Positions 1 through 13,464 of a stretch of DNA of 64,000 bases are shown here, one piece after another. Made by a program: the position numbers and the translations under genes. Position 1 is the first letter of the stretch. Each line of letters starts with the position of its first letter. The stretch comes from Eledone cirrhosa (Eukaryota). The notes below the pieces were generated by a model that worked only from the letters and a program-made list of their open reading frames with translations, was not told the origin of the DNA and searched no databases. The stretch is from assembly GCA_964016885.1 (NCBI GenBank), contig OZ024740.1:147064001-147128000 (forward strand). Reading direction: 5' to 3'.

Positions 1-2592
1 TCGCCCAGGTAACGGAAGCTGTCCACTATTTCTATAGAACCCTCTGCGCAATTGAAAGAGCTAGTATTTGTGGGCACTTGCTGCTACTTATTGCACCAGA
101 ACACCGGCCACATGTAAAGTCTATGTTCTTAGTTAGCTTACCTGTGATCCCACTACATCTTTTATGCACCCATACTTTGCATTTAGGACATAAGATGGAG
201 TTTCTACCTACGCCTTTCCTACATACCGAGCACGACCATTTCCCAGAAGGGACCGCCGCCTTGTTTTCTTTCCTACAAACTAGAACTTTGGTCTTAGCCA
301 GGTTAATTTTAAGTCCTTTTGACTCTAGGCCGTGCTTCCATGTTTGGAATTTCTTCTCTAGCTTGGCCATTGATTCCGCTATGAGTGTCAGGTCGTCTGC
401 GTATAGGAGTTCCCATGGGCAGCCTGTCTTGAACTCCTCTGTTATAGCCTGAAGGGCAATAATAAATAGTAGGGGGCTGAGAACAGAGCCCTGACGGACG
501 CCAACTTTTACGCTAAACTCTTCACTATATTCGTTGTTAATTCTAACCTTACTGACTGTTTCTTTATACATGGCTTGTATAGCCCTCACAAGCCATTCGT
601 CAACGCCTAGTTTTCTAAGAGCCCACCAGATAATGGAGCGGGGGACTCTGTCGAAGGCTTTCTCCAGGTCGACAAAAGCTAAGTAGAGGGGTTTACCTTT
701 AGCTAGGTACTTCTCCTGTAGTTGACGTACTATGAAAAGAGCGTCTGTGGTGCTTTTGCCTGACACAAACCCGAACTGCATTTCATCTAGATCAATTCTC
801 TCTCTGATTAGTTGCGCTATTACTTTTTCCGTGACCTTCATGACCTGGTCGATTAATTTAATGCCTCTATAGTTACTCCTATCTAGGGCGTCTCCTTTAC
901 CCTTATAACAGTTAACGATGATGCTGCTATGCCAGTCCTTCGGAACAACCCCATTCTGTACGACTTGGTTAACTATGCGGGTGACCATGGTGTGTCCCAC
1001 CGTGCCAGATGCCTTCAGCATCTCAGCAACTATTTCCGAAGGCCCAGCCGCCTTACCAGTCTTCATATCCTTGATTGCCTTACTTATTATACTCCCCTCG
1101 ACTAACACTGCTGGTCCCTCTATCGGGTCGATATGGGGGAGACTGTCTTTCTCCCATTTATTCTCCTCATTTAGTAGCCTTTCATAGTGACACTTCCAAG
1201 CTACCTTCTTATCAGTGTCGGTGATGGCAAGTATGCCATCATCGTTAAGTACACACTACTCCCCGACAATATCACGGTTTTCCTTGACGCATTGCCTGGC
1301 AATCCTGAACACCTCACGTTTTTGGTCATCGCGTTGTAGAACATGCTTGAACTTTCTTTCCTCAGCTTCCCTTCTTGCTAAGTACACTTCTCTCCTAGCT
1401 TCCCTCCTGGCCACTTGATAGTCTACTCTACTTCCCCCATCCCGCCATACTTTCCAAGCCTGCTTTTTGGCCTTAATTGACCCCTCCACCCTACTGTTCC
1501 ACCACCATGTTACTCTCCTCCTGCCTACAGGCCTGCTCCAGCCACAGACTTCGTCTGTCGCCAACAGCAGGTTTGCTTTCAGAAATTTCCACTGTCCCTC
1601 TATATTGTCCGATTCTAGATGCTCTTCCTTACTGTCGAAAGCATCAAGTAATATGCTTTGAAATTTATTTCTGGCTGTGGGGTCCTTTAGTTTCCATATT
1701 TTCCTCCTGAGGATAGTCCTCTTCTGCTGTCGGGTACGTCTCGTCCTGACTATGAGGTCGCTAATTATCAGTCTATGTTGGGAGGTGCATTCTTCATGGG
1801 GGAGGGATTTAGTGTTTACAACAGACACTCTGTCACGTCTTCTGGTAAGGATATAATCTACCTGGCTTGTGTGTTCCCCGGATCTATAGGTAATCAGGTG
1901 ATTGTCACGTTTTTTGAAGTTAGTGTTACAGATAGTTAGGTTATTTGCATCACAGTATTCCAGGATTCTGGAGCCTTCCTCATTTCTAGTACCAAACCCA
2001 TAGCCTCCATGGATTTCGTCGTAGCCGTCACAATGTTGTCCAACGTGACCATTTAGGTCGCCTGCAATAATTATATAGTCACTGTCAGATATTTGGGAGG
2101 TAGTTAGCAACAGTGTCTCATAGAATTTGTCTTTTATAGTGCCGGGCAGTCCGGATTGGGGTGCGTACGCAGATATTACTGTCACCGTAGTTCTATTGAG
2201 GACAAGTCTTATTTTAATTATTCTGTCGTTCACTCTATTTACGTCTATTATCTTATCTGCCCACTTTTCTGCTACCATGATTCCTACTCCACCCAGCCCA
2301 TCGTCGTTTCCCACCCAGAAAAGCTTATAACATCGTTTTTTACCCTCAATGAATCTAGCAGACCCACCCCTCCACCTGGTCTCTTGAATACAACAAACAT
2401 CGACCTCCTTACGTTCAAGCATTTCTACAACCTCGTTAGCGCGACCCTTTAGGGTGCCTACATTTATGGTACCAACTCTGAAGTTTTGGGTTGCGTTTGG
2501 AGGGTGGGGGTGGTGGGGGGCGGGAGGAGATAGGGTTATGTTAGCCATCCGCGGACGAAACAAAGAGGAGTGCTCGCATTCTCGTCCACGAG
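1..2592 (-). mobile_element. RTE-clade LINE, subfamily 1 (APE + RT + PHD-type finger), near 5'-complete, runs off the left edge
   Basis: ORF 1256-2563 has APE motifs (TINVGTL, IQETRW, AGDLNGH, QVDYIL, SQHRL). ORF 32-1108 has RT motifs (FVDLEKAFDRV, QGSVLSPLLF, YADD). The two are split by an AAG>TAG change at about 1257, and there is a 1-nt deletion near 70 relative to the near-identical copy at 35633-38549. Confidence 0.92.
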
Positions 2593-2666
<74 letters not shown>

Positions 2667-2667
2667 G

Positions 2668-2714
<47 letters not shown>

Positions 2715-2732
2715 GTATATATATATATCTAT
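2593..2732. repeat. (TA)n microsatellite
   Basis: Direct reading; occasional TG/CA interruptions. Confidence 0.95.
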
Positions 2733-3332
2733 GTCAGGTCACCAGTTGGTGCTACTGGTAACATGTATCCCAGTACAACCTGTCCCATGGTCGGGTCGTT
2801 GGCGACTAAACTGGCAACCCCACCAAGGTTTCTTGGTGAGGAGGGTGACTTTGGACATCCTGCAGGACTAAAAACAAAACCTGGCAAAGGAGCTCTTAAG
2901 AGTCAATGGCCATCCAAAATCACCGGGAGAGATGACCCCTTAGCCGTTGTCAAGGCAGAATTCTAAGAGAAGGAAAACTCTTATATAACACCTGCAACCC
3001 TGATGGTATCCAATGATGTTGACTTATTCTTCTTTTTGGTAAATATCATCTTGGTTAAGAGAGTGGGACTGGCTTTGTGCAGTGCCTTTGCTCACTATAA
3101 AAGCTTCACGGCACAGGCATTGCTTTATATCTGGAGATCTCTCTACACTTGTCGTCACATGGTACCAAAGGCCCAACACTATGTGTCAATAATTGTCACA
3201 GGTGTAGTGTTTGTACCAGAGTTTTCAAGTCGCTGGCTGGACTAAAAGTCACACTTGTTTAGCGCATCGGTAGGGGTTCTCCTACATGGATATAAAGTAG
3301 TGGCCGTACTCGAAAACGAGTTGGCAGCCACC
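2733..3332 (+). mobile_element. Non-autonomous RTE-derived short retroposon with a C2H2 zinc-finger remnant at its 3' end
   Basis: 3015-3332 recurs inverted at 10254-10569. The 3' part reads [15 protein letters not shown].., matching the RTE C-terminal finger at 13816-13890. Flanked by (TA)n. Confidence 0.65.
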
Positions 3333-3622
<290 letters not shown>

Positions 3623-5827
3623 GACAACGATACACACCATATGCAAAAAGTGTGTCCCGGAGAAAGAGGCAAACAGACACAAAAATCTTATTCCCAGAGA
3701 TAGGAAAATCCTTATGAGACGTAGAACTAAACTCTCAAACCAGTTGAATAGTCAACAAAACCAAAACAAGAAGGAATCCTATTTGAAACGTGCACTACTT
3801 GACACCGAGATTGCACTCAAGCTTTCACATGAGAATGAGAGGGCAAGGAAAGAGAACAGGGCCATAGAAAACATTAAAACAAACCCTAAGGCCTTCTTTA
3901 AATTTGCAAAAGAAACTGCCTCAGTACACTGCAAGATTGGACCACTCTTCCACACGGACGGTTCATTAACCGAAAATCCCCAAGAGATATGTGAAATACT
4001 GAACGAACAGTACAAAAGTGTCTTCACATGTCCACTGAGGCACATGCAAATAACGAAGCCAGAGGAGTTCTTTGATGCCACAACACTACATCAAGAAATG
4101 GCAACCATCAACCACATAGACATAACGGAGGAGGATGTGGTGTACGCCATTGATGAAATTAGAACAGACTCGGCTGCTGGACCTGATGGATTCCCAGCAG
4201 TTCTCCTAAAAATATGTAAGCGGGCCTTAGCAACTCCACTGAAGATGCTCTTCAGAAGCTCCTTGGCTAGCGGTGTACTACCCAGGGAGCTGAAAGAAGG
4301 CACAATATGCCCTATCCATAAAGGAGGTAGTAGAGCGGAGGCCAAGAACTATAGGCCAGTCTCCCTGACGTCGCATACCAGTAAGGTCATGGAGCGAGTC
4401 GTCAGAAAGAAACTAATCACTTTCCTCGAAGAAAATGACCGCCTGACTAGCACGCAACATGGCTTCCGCCCAGGAAGAAGCTGCCTTACACAGCTGCTAC
4501 ATCACTACGACTGGGTACTGAGACAGCTACTAGACAGCTCACATGTAGACGTGATATATCTTGACTTTGCGAAGGCCTTTGACAAGGTCGACCACGGAAT
4601 GATATGTCACAAACTACACGGACTCGGCATAACTGGAAAAGTAGGTGAGTGGCTGCATGGCTTCCTGAGGGACAGAAGCCAGGCAGTCGCAGCAAATGGG
4701 GCCCTCTTGAGGGAAACACCGATAACAAGTGGGGTGCCTCAGGGGACAGTCCTGGGACCACTACTGTTTTTGGTGGCTCTCTCGGACATGCCCTCTGTGG
4801 TGCATGCAACAACATCCCTCACTAGCTATGCTGATGACACTAAGGTAGCACAGGCAATCAAAAACCTGGCTGACGCTGCCCTCTTACAGCAGGATCTGGA
4901 TGCCATATACAGATGGGCGGAAGAAAACAACATGCAGTTTAATGCTGGCAAATTCCAAGCCCTACAATACAAACCTGCAAACACAAACACAAATATAGCG
5001 GAACACAGCTACACAGGACCAGGAGGGACCGATATCCCCGTGTCAAAATCGATACGAGACCTGGGCATAGACATGAGCGATGATGCATCTTTTTCTTCAC
5101 ACATCATGAAGGTGGCGACAGCATGTAGATGATTCGCTGGCTGGATCTTGAGGACTTTCCTTACAAGAGATCGAGACACCATGTTGACACTGTGGAGGAC
5201 TTTTGTCCTAAGCCGCCTGGACTACTGCTCCCAGCTGTGGTCACCCCATAGTGTCAAACTAACCACAGAGCTTGAGGCAATCCAGCGAAGCTACACCAAG
5301 AGGATTGCCAAGATGAGGGAGACAAGCTACTGGGAGAGGCTGAAGGAACTGAACCTCTACTCCTTGGAGCGAAGACGGGAGAGATACGCAGTGATCTACA
5401 TGTGGAAAATCCTGGAGGGACTAGCACCAAACTTTGGCATTGGGAGCTGGACCAACCGTCGAACAGGACGTCACTGTGTGGTGCCAAAGCTCCCGTCTTC
5501 CACATCTAGAATAAGGAGCAGGTATTGCAATAGCCTGGGATTCAAGGGCCCTCAACTCTTCAACAGGCTGCCGAGGCATCTGCGAGACTTGCATGACGTG
5601 GAGGTGGATGTCTTTAAGAAACATCTCGACACCTTGTTATCCAGGATCCCGGATGAGCCCACAGCAAGACACGAGGGAAACCTAAGGGCAGCAGCAACAA
5701 ACTCCCTCCTACACCAGTGGCCAACCTATACAGGCTGGAGATAAAATGTGTAGCAACAAGGGCGGTGCCCCAGCATGGCCTCAGCCGGATGGCTGAAACA
5801 GGTAAAAGAGTAAAAGAGTAAAAGAGT
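3623..5827 (+). mobile_element. 5'-truncated CR1/L2-group LINE (RT) with (GTAAAAGA)n tail
   Basis: Motifs [50 protein letters not shown] and SLERRRER. In-frame TGA at 5130. Tail gtaaaagagtaaaagagtaaaagag. Confidence 0.88.
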
Positions 5828-6153
5828 ATGTATATATATGTATATATATATATATTTAGAAACACACAGATACATACGGACACACACATATATACATGAA
5901 TGCGTCCGCACCCAACTGTGAGTTAAGGGTGCCAACTTCACCGATGTTGCTCAATGAATGACTGGGACAGACCAATTCAGTTTGAACCAGACTGAACCAG
6001 TATCAGAGTTGCCTCCGTGGTATTTTCTTTGTGGTTATAAGAGGCTTAGCTCTGTTTCTCGACCGTTATATCGCGTGACTATCTCCCCCTCCGCCTTTTG
6101 GGATTCTTTCTCACGTCGTGTAGACGCGTTCTTGAGACTAGTAAAATGAGGTA

Positions 6154-6241
6154 TCCTCTTGATAAGTCGGCAGACCTCGCAAGGACTCTATATCTTTGAT
6201 ATATTGTTTTTGTTTATGCCACGAAACTACGTAGTCGAGGA
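6154..6241 (+). ncRNA. Minimal type I hammerhead ribozyme (U3-A8 variant)
   Basis: Stem I tcctc/gagga, core TTGATAA, stem II gtcggca...tgccac, GAAA, palindromic stem III ctacgtag, GTC cleavage triplet. Confidence 0.75.
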
Positions 6242-6744
6242 ATTTAGGAACAGTTTAGGTATGATACATTTTATTACTAATTATATCTAAATGTTTCCTC
6301 TCTCTTCATAATGTATTTTTAACTCTGATACTGGTTCAGTCTGGTTCAAACTGAATTGGTCTGTCCCAGTCATTCATTGAGCAACATCGGTGAAGTTGGC
6401 ACCCTTAACTCACAGTTGGGTGCGGATGCATTCATGTATATATGTGTGTGTCCGCATGTATCTGTGCGTTTCTAAATATATTAATAACTCCCTCTGGTCG
6501 AGCAATCTTTGAAGTGTGGGGACAACTGGAAAGCTTCCATTACTCATACTTCTCGCCTTCTTCACTACCTCTTCTACGGCCTCGATATGAATACCCCCTC
6601 CGCCTCCGTGGTATTTTCTTCGTGGTTATAAGAGGCTTAGCTCTGTTTCTCGACCGTTATATCGCGTGACTATCTCCCCCTCCGCCTTTTGGGATTCTTT
6701 CTCACGTCGTGTAGACGCGTTCTTGAGACTAGTAAAATGAGGTA

Positions 6745-6832
6745 TCCTCTTGATAAGTCGGCAGACCTCGCAAGGACTCTATATCTTTGATATATTGTTT
6801 TTGTTTATGCCACGAAACTACGTAGTCGAGGA
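6745..6832 (+). ncRNA. Minimal type I hammerhead ribozyme (second copy)
   Basis: Identical to 6154-6241, 591 nt downstream. Confidence 0.75.
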
Positions 6833-6904
6833 ATTTAGGAACAGTTTAGGTATGATACATTTTATTACTAATTATATCTAAATGTTTCCTCTCTCTTCAT
6901 AATG

Positions 6905-7032
<128 letters not shown>

Positions 7033-7035
7033 TAT

Positions 7036-7640
7036 ATTGTTCACTGATTAAAGTGTTCCCATAGATATTTACTGTGTGGTCATTGGTAAATTCTTCCGGT
7101 AGTTTTACATCAGTCATACGGATATTGCCGATGTTATCTGGGTATTTTTGAGAATATTCGATTTTCCTTTCTTGTAGTTTTTTCTTATTCATCCATTCTA
7201 ATTTCTTATTGAAATGCCTATTGAATTCGTTTGGAGCGTATTTCGTTTCACGTCGGATGACGCTCATGAAGTTATCTCTCTCGTTTGCTGTGATGAGATT
7301 TCGGATTTCCTTACCGTTAATGCGTTTCTGTCTGTAAAGTGCGTTGACTTTTGTGTATGTTGTTCTTTTCATGTTAACTATTATTGTATGTTTTAGTCGT
7401 TCGGCTTGTGTTTTGTTCAATAATAAATTATTTACTTGTTTTGATATGTTTGTTGTGTATGTTTTGGAGGAAACACAGTGTTTTAAGAAGCGGATTTGTT
7501 CTGTTGTTATTGTAGTTTTTATATAACTACAAACAGTGTCTTTCAATAACCTTTCAGCTTGGCACAAGCTAATGCCATAGCGGCGATGAATTAGTTTTGC
7601 GAGGTTTTTTTATATGAAATCGTGTGTCGAAACAAATATT
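7036..7640 (-). pseudogene. Basic, helical ORF fragment, possibly the N-terminal region of a Penelope-like ORF
   Basis: About 190 open codons ([11 protein letters not shown]...EQIRFLKHC...HFNKKLEW), truncated by (TA)n and adjacent to an inverted repeat. No catalytic motif is visible. Confidence 0.4.
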
Positions 7641-7642
7641 GT

Positions 7643-7786
7643 TATACTTGGGGAGGGTCATATTTGTGTAATATTGCCAGAATTAATAACAGAACACACT
7701 CACTGTTTGGTTGGTTTTCACTTCAGTGAGTGTGTTCTGTTATTAATTCTGGCAATATTACACAAGTATGACCCTCCCCAAGTATA
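7643..7786. repeat. 63-bp near-perfect inverted repeat with an 18-nt spacer
   Basis: 7643-7705 is the reverse complement of 7724-7786, with one mismatch. Confidence 0.9.
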
Positions 7787-7904
7787 TATATATATATATG
7801 TAGGAGGTGAGTTTTATTGTAGTACAATAAAGCAATGCAGATATCGGATAAGAAGCACTCTACAGTTTGTGGGACTGGAGTATACATAATATATAAGATC
7901 AAAA

Positions 7905-7996
<92 letters not shown>

Positions 7997-8002
7997 TATA
8001 TA

Positions 8003-9513
8003 CAGAGTTCCACGTGCTGTAATCTGGTGGGCTCTTAGAAAACTAGGAGTAGATGAATGGCTTGTGAAAGCTGTACAAGCAATGTATAGGGGAGCAGTCA
8101 GTAAAGTTAGGATTAGCAATGAGTATAGCGAGGAATTTAGCGTACAGGTCAGTGTCCACCAGGTCTCTGTTCTTAGCCCTCTCCTGTTCATCATAGTCCT
8201 GCAGGCAATAACGGAGGAGTTTAAGACCGGATGCCCATGGAAACTCTTGTATGCAGATGTCCTCGCACTTATAACTGAATCTATGATAGAACTAGAGAAG
8301 AAATTCCAAACTTGGAAGCAGGGACTAGAAAGAAAGGGTCTCTAAGTCAACATGACAAAGACTAAGGTAAGTAGACGAGAAAACAAAACCCAGATCCCCT
8401 CAGGGAAATTGCCTTGCTCAGTATGTAGGAAAGGTGTAGGTAAGAACTCCATTCTCTGCCCCAAATGCAAACAATGGGTACACAAGAGATGTAGCGGGAT
8501 CTCCAGAAGCTTAACTAAGAATGTAGGCCTCACATGTAGCAGCTGTGCTGGGACAGCAAGCAGCAAACAGCCACAGGAAACAAGTACCACCAAACTCCGG
8601 GAGGCTCTGTAGAAACAGTAGACAGCTTCTGCTACCTAGGTGACCGAATTAGAAGCGGAGGTGGGTGTTCAGAAAGTACAATAACTAGGGTAAGAACGGG
8701 ATGGAAGAAGTTCAGGGAGCTACTGCCACTGCTAGCTGCAAAAGCCTTTTCCCTCAAAATAAAATGCAGACTGTATGATGCGTGTATACAAACAGCAGTG
8801 TTGCATGGTAGTGAGACCTGGGCGCAGTCTGTGGAAGACTTGCATAGATTAAAAAGAAATGAAGCCTGCATGCTCCAATGGATGTGTAATAGTAATATAC
8901 GCGAACGACAAAGCATAAATGAATTGAGAGAGAGACTGAGCATAAGAGGAATCAAATGCTGCGTGCAGGAGAGGCGGTTGCATTGGTATGGACATACGAT
9001 ACGTATGAAGGATGACAGTTGCATAAAAAGATGCAGAACACTAGAAGTCGATGGAAACTACGGAGTGGGGAGACCCAAGATGACCTGGGATGAGGTGATA
9101 AAAGCCGACCTTACCCAATTACACCTCTCAAAGGCGATGACACATGACCGTGACCTCTGGCGTCATGCAGTAATACAGAAGACCCAACCCCCTACGGGTA
9201 CAAGCCAAAGCTGAAGCATATAGTCAATATGCTTGCACACCCTCCCACTGCAAAGTGGTCGTGGAGGTGCCACGGCAAAAAAGCACCCAGCCCACACTGT
9301 AAAGTGGTCGTGAGGGCGCCACAGAAAAAAGCCACCCAGCACTCACTGTAAATGAGGTTGGTGTTAGGAAGGGGCATCCAGCTGTAGAAATCAAGCCAGA
9401 ATTAATTCCGGTATGAGCAAGACAAGGTCAGCTGAACAGACACTGCCCACAACAGGACAACCCGTCTAACCAATGCTAACGTGGAAGATCGGACGTAAAA
9501 CGGTGATGATGAT
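8003..9513 (+). mobile_element. 5'-truncated, decayed RTE LINE, subfamily 2
   Basis: RT fragments (SVLSPLLF, YADV, PHD-type finger, RRLHWYGH, GRPKMTW) with stops and frameshifts. Tail ..ggacgtaaaacggt(gat)n. Same subfamily as 59216-60982. Confidence 0.9.
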
Positions 9514-9767
9514 ATATATATATGAATATATATATATCATCATCATCATCATTTTACGTCCGCTTCTCCCTGCTTGTAAAGTGGTGCTGGTGTTAGGAAG
9601 GGCATCCAACCAGTATATATACTTCTGCCAAAAATACATACATACATATACATTCATACATATATATATATACATACATATATATATACAGATATAAACA
9701 TACATATATATACATACATATACATACACATACATACATACACATACATACATACATTTACATACAC

Positions 9768-10078
9768 ATCATCATCATCACTGTTTTACGTCCGTTCTTC
9801 CATGCTAGCATGGGTTAGACGGGTTGTCCTGTTGTGGGCAACCTCATTTACAGTGAGTGCTTGGGGCTTTTTTGCCATGGCACCTCCAGGACCACTTTGC
9901 AGTGGAATGACAGGGACCTCTGTTCCTATCATCTCATTTCTACAGCTGAGTAAACTGGAGCAATGTGAAATAAAGTGTCTTGCTCAAGGAAACAACACAT
10001 CACCCGGTCTGAGAATTGAACTCACAACCTTTCGATTGCAAGCCAAATGCTCTAACCACTAAGCCATGTGCCTTCACA
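9768..10078 (-). mobile_element. tRNA-derived SINE with RTE-type 3' tail
   Basis: Minus strand has box A (tggcttagtggt) and box B (gagttcaattc). The 3' end ..aacccatgctagcatggaagaacggacgtaaaac..(gat)n matches the RTE tail. Confidence 0.7.
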
Positions 10079-10113
10079 TAAATTTATATACATACATACA
10101 TATACATTCATAC

Positions 10114-10144
<31 letters not shown>

Positions 10145-10253
10145 CATACATATACATACATCTGCATTCATACATATATATATACATATATACATACACA
10201 TACATACATATACATGTATACATATATATACACACATACATGCATACATACAT

Positions 10254-10569
10254 GGTGGCTGCCAACTCGTTTTCGAGTACGGCCACTACTTTATATCCAT
10301 GTAGGAGAACCCCTACCGATGCGCTGAACGAGTGTGACTTTTTAGTCCAGCCAGCGACTTGAAAACTCTGGTACAAACACTACACTTGTGACATTATTGA
10401 CACAGTGCTGGGCCCATGGTACCATGTGACGACAAGTGCAGAGAGATCTCCAGATACAAAGCAATGCCTGTGCCGTGAAGCTTTTATAGTGAGCAAAGGC
10501 ACTGTACAAAGCCAGTCCCACTCTCTTAACCAAGATGATATTTACCAAAAAGAAGAACAAGTCAACATC
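10254..10569 (-). mobile_element. 5'-truncated copy of the RTE-derived short retroposon
   Basis: Reverse complement of 3015-3332 with few differences; encodes [22 protein letters not shown]. Confidence 0.7.
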
Positions 10570-10591
10570 ATACATACATACATACATACAT

Positions 10592-10935
10592 GATTGCTGC
10601 CTCCTCGTTATCGAGTATGGCCATTGCACGATATACCATTATCAATAATTAGTAATAAATTCTATCATGCAATGCCTGTGCGTGGAGATGTTTATTAAAG
10701 TGAGGAAAGACTGTGCACTGAGCCAATCCCACTCTCTGAGAGACAGTAGCTATAACCCGAAAAGAAGAAAAGATCAACATCATTGGTAACTACTGAGCCG
10801 CAGGTTTTATGTCGGAGTTATCCCAGTTTCCTGAGTTGCCTTCTCCTAGAAGAATGCCCTGACAAAGGCTAGGGGGTCCTTCACTCCCAGTGGTTTAACC
10901 GCGCGATCGGGTATCCAGCCCGACTATTTCTATGT
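10592..10935 (-). mobile_element. Related non-autonomous RTE-derived element (diverged family)
   Basis: Shares blocks with 2960-3332 (aagaaga..tcaacatcattgg, cccactctct, gcaatgcctgtgc, cgagta.ggcca). Confidence 0.5.
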
Positions 10936-11069
10936 CCCCACGCATATATTTATACACATGCACCCATGCATATACACATTTACACATACATACATATGTA
11001 CATGTATATATATATATTTACACACTTTTGGATGGCCGTTGACTCTTATGAGTTCTTCCGCCCTGATTC

Positions 11070-11910
11070 ACAATAGAGATAGGGATGCAGGCAAAACACC
11101 TAGATGTGATAACAAGTGCAGACTCTGCAGAACTAATATCGAAGGATTATCACCCATGTCATCAGCAGCTGTCCAAAGATGTCATCGCAGTACTATCTAC
11201 CTACGAGGCATGATGTAGTGGCCAAAACACTGCACAATGCAATCCGTAAAAAAGATAGCCCCGATAATAAACACATTAAAAGCTACAGCAAAGAGGAAGA
11301 CATCAATGTACATAATATGAAAGAGTACTGGTGGAATGTTCCAGTAAAAACCCCAATAAAATTCAGGCATAACAGACCAGATATTATGATATGGGACAGG
11401 GAGAAGAAAACATGCACAGTAGTGGAAATTAGCTGCCCAGCAGATGCCAATATAATATCAAAGATTAGCGAAAAGGAGAATATTTATGCAGAACTGATGA
11501 GAAATCTGCAGATACTCCACCCTGATTACATCTTCAGATTTATGCCAGTGATTATTGGGGCACTGGGGTATGTTAGTAACTGCCTCAATACAAATCTTGA
11601 GAAGCTAGATTTTACAGGAACAGAAAGAACACAACTGGTTAGGAAATTACAAGTACAATCCAGTAAAAATATGTAAAACATTCCAAAAATTTTGCATCTA
11701 ATAACTGCATATACACATGTACAGATACAAAGCACACATACAACTCAAAACATATACATCCACACATACAATAACATCCATATCTACACATGCATGCATG
11801 CATACATATCTACCTAGTTGATGTGTAAATTCCAATGAGAGAGTCTTGTGTCTATGTTAGAAACCGACTCTCTATTGGGAAAAAATTTGTGAAATTATAA
11901 AACCAGAAGA
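11070..11910 (+). mobile_element. 3' fragment of an R4/Dong-type non-LTR element (restriction-like endonuclease)
   Basis: CRLC..(H..C frameshifted), RHDVVA, HNRPDIMIWD, VVEISCP, EKENIY, PVIIGALG: a CCHC finger followed by a PD-(D/E) nuclease. A 3' UTR stem-loop lies at about 11830-11880. Confidence 0.82.
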
Positions 11911-11969
11911 ACATACATACATACACACATGCATACACATACACACACACACATATATATATATATATA

Positions 11970-12242
11970 TGAATGAAGTATTTCCATAAGAAAGGTAAAG
12001 GAAAAGAGAGTGCTCTATGTAGGCTACAGAGGTTTTTAGTTATGTAATAAACAACATAAGATAATTAATTTACCAGTGGATTTATTTACCAGTGGTTTCT
12101 TGAAGACATATTTATATCTGTCTTCAGTCGTCAGAATGAATAACATCTATGTTATTCATTCTGACAACTGAAGACAGATATAAATATCTGTTTTCAAGAA
12201 ACCACTGGTAAATGAATTAATTATCTTATGTTGTTTATTACA

Positions 12243-12248
<6 letters not shown>
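11970..12248 (-). mobile_element. Miniature PLE-like palindromic insertion with two opposed hammerhead motifs
   Basis: Hairpin 12037-12248 centred at about 12147. Each arm reads attcatt-CTGAC(G/A)A-stem II-GAAA-ccactgg-TA-aat(g/a)aat. Confidence 0.7.
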
Positions 12249-12277
<29 letters not shown>

Positions 12278-12362
12278 TCATATATATGATGGCTTGTTAT
12301 TGAGTATGGCCATTGCAAAAAAAAAAAAAAAATGATAAAAAATATATATACATATATATATA

Positions 12363-13269
12363 TCATCATCATCATCGTTTAACGTCCGTGTTCCACGCTT
12401 GCATGGGTTTGGACGGGAGTTTTCCCACTTGAGGCAAGAGTGATTGTCTTGCTCGCATAGGACTGTCTGGCGGGTTTTCTACAGCTGGATGCCCTTCCTA
12501 ACACCAACCACATTTACAGTGTGGGGCTGGGAGGTTTTTACCATGTTGCCTACATGGCCACATTACAGCGTGGACTGTGTGTTTTTTTGTCGTGACACAT
12601 ACACGATCTCATTTGTTTCGGCCTGGATGTTTTGGTGGGACGGGGGTGTATTTTGTTAGAGATGCCTACTGACTGTAGTAGGTTTTACTTTGTATTTAGG
12701 TAAGGCGGGTCTTCTCTATTACTGAGTACCGCCAAAGGTCTCGGTTCAGTGACATTGTCTTGGAGAGGTGTAAGTGTGTGAGGTCGGAATTTATCAGCTC
12801 GTCCCAGGTTTTTCTGGGTCTGCCTACTCCGTAGCTACCGTCTATCTTTATTGCCCTGCACTTTGTTATACAGCTATCGTCTTTCATGCGCATCTTGTGA
12901 CCATACCAACGTAGCCTTCTCTCGAGTAAACAACATCTGATCCCTCTTATTTCTAATTTTTTCCTTAGTTCGTTTATGCTTTGCCTTTCACGTATATTAC
13001 TATTACACATCCAGTGGAGCATGCAAGCTTCGTTCCTCTCTAGTCTGCGTATATCCTCTGCACACAATGCCCAGGTCTCACTGCCATGCAACATTACTGT
13101 TCGTATGCAGGCATCATACAACCTGCCTTTCATTTTTAGGGAGAACCCTTTAGCGGCTAATAGTGGTATAAGCTCTCTGAACTTTTTCCATCCAGTTCTG
13201 ACTAGCTACTGTACTTTCAGAGCACCCTCCCCCACTGCTGATTTTGTCACCCAGGTAACAGAAGCTGTC

Positions 13270-13271
<2 letters not shown>
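12363..13271 (-). mobile_element. 5'-truncated RTE LINE, subfamily 1
   Basis: [17 protein letters not shown]...RRLRWYGH...GRPRKTW, then 3' UTR and (GAT)n tail. Confidence 0.9.
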
Positions 13272-13324
<53 letters not shown>

Positions 13325-13464
13325 CAAATATATATATATGTGCAAATATGTGCAATATGTGCAAATATATAGACATATATATATATATGTGCAAATATAT
13401 GTGCACATATATATATGTGTGCACATATATATATATATGTGCAAATATATATATATATATACAC

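Noticed and set aside
78-452. Recurrent antisense ORFs over RTE and Tx1 copies
   Set aside because: Shadow ORFs repeated only because the elements are repeated; no independent motifs.
10000-10078. tRNA gene
   Set aside because: A and B boxes are present but there is no convincing cloverleaf, and it continues into a SINE body and LINE tail.
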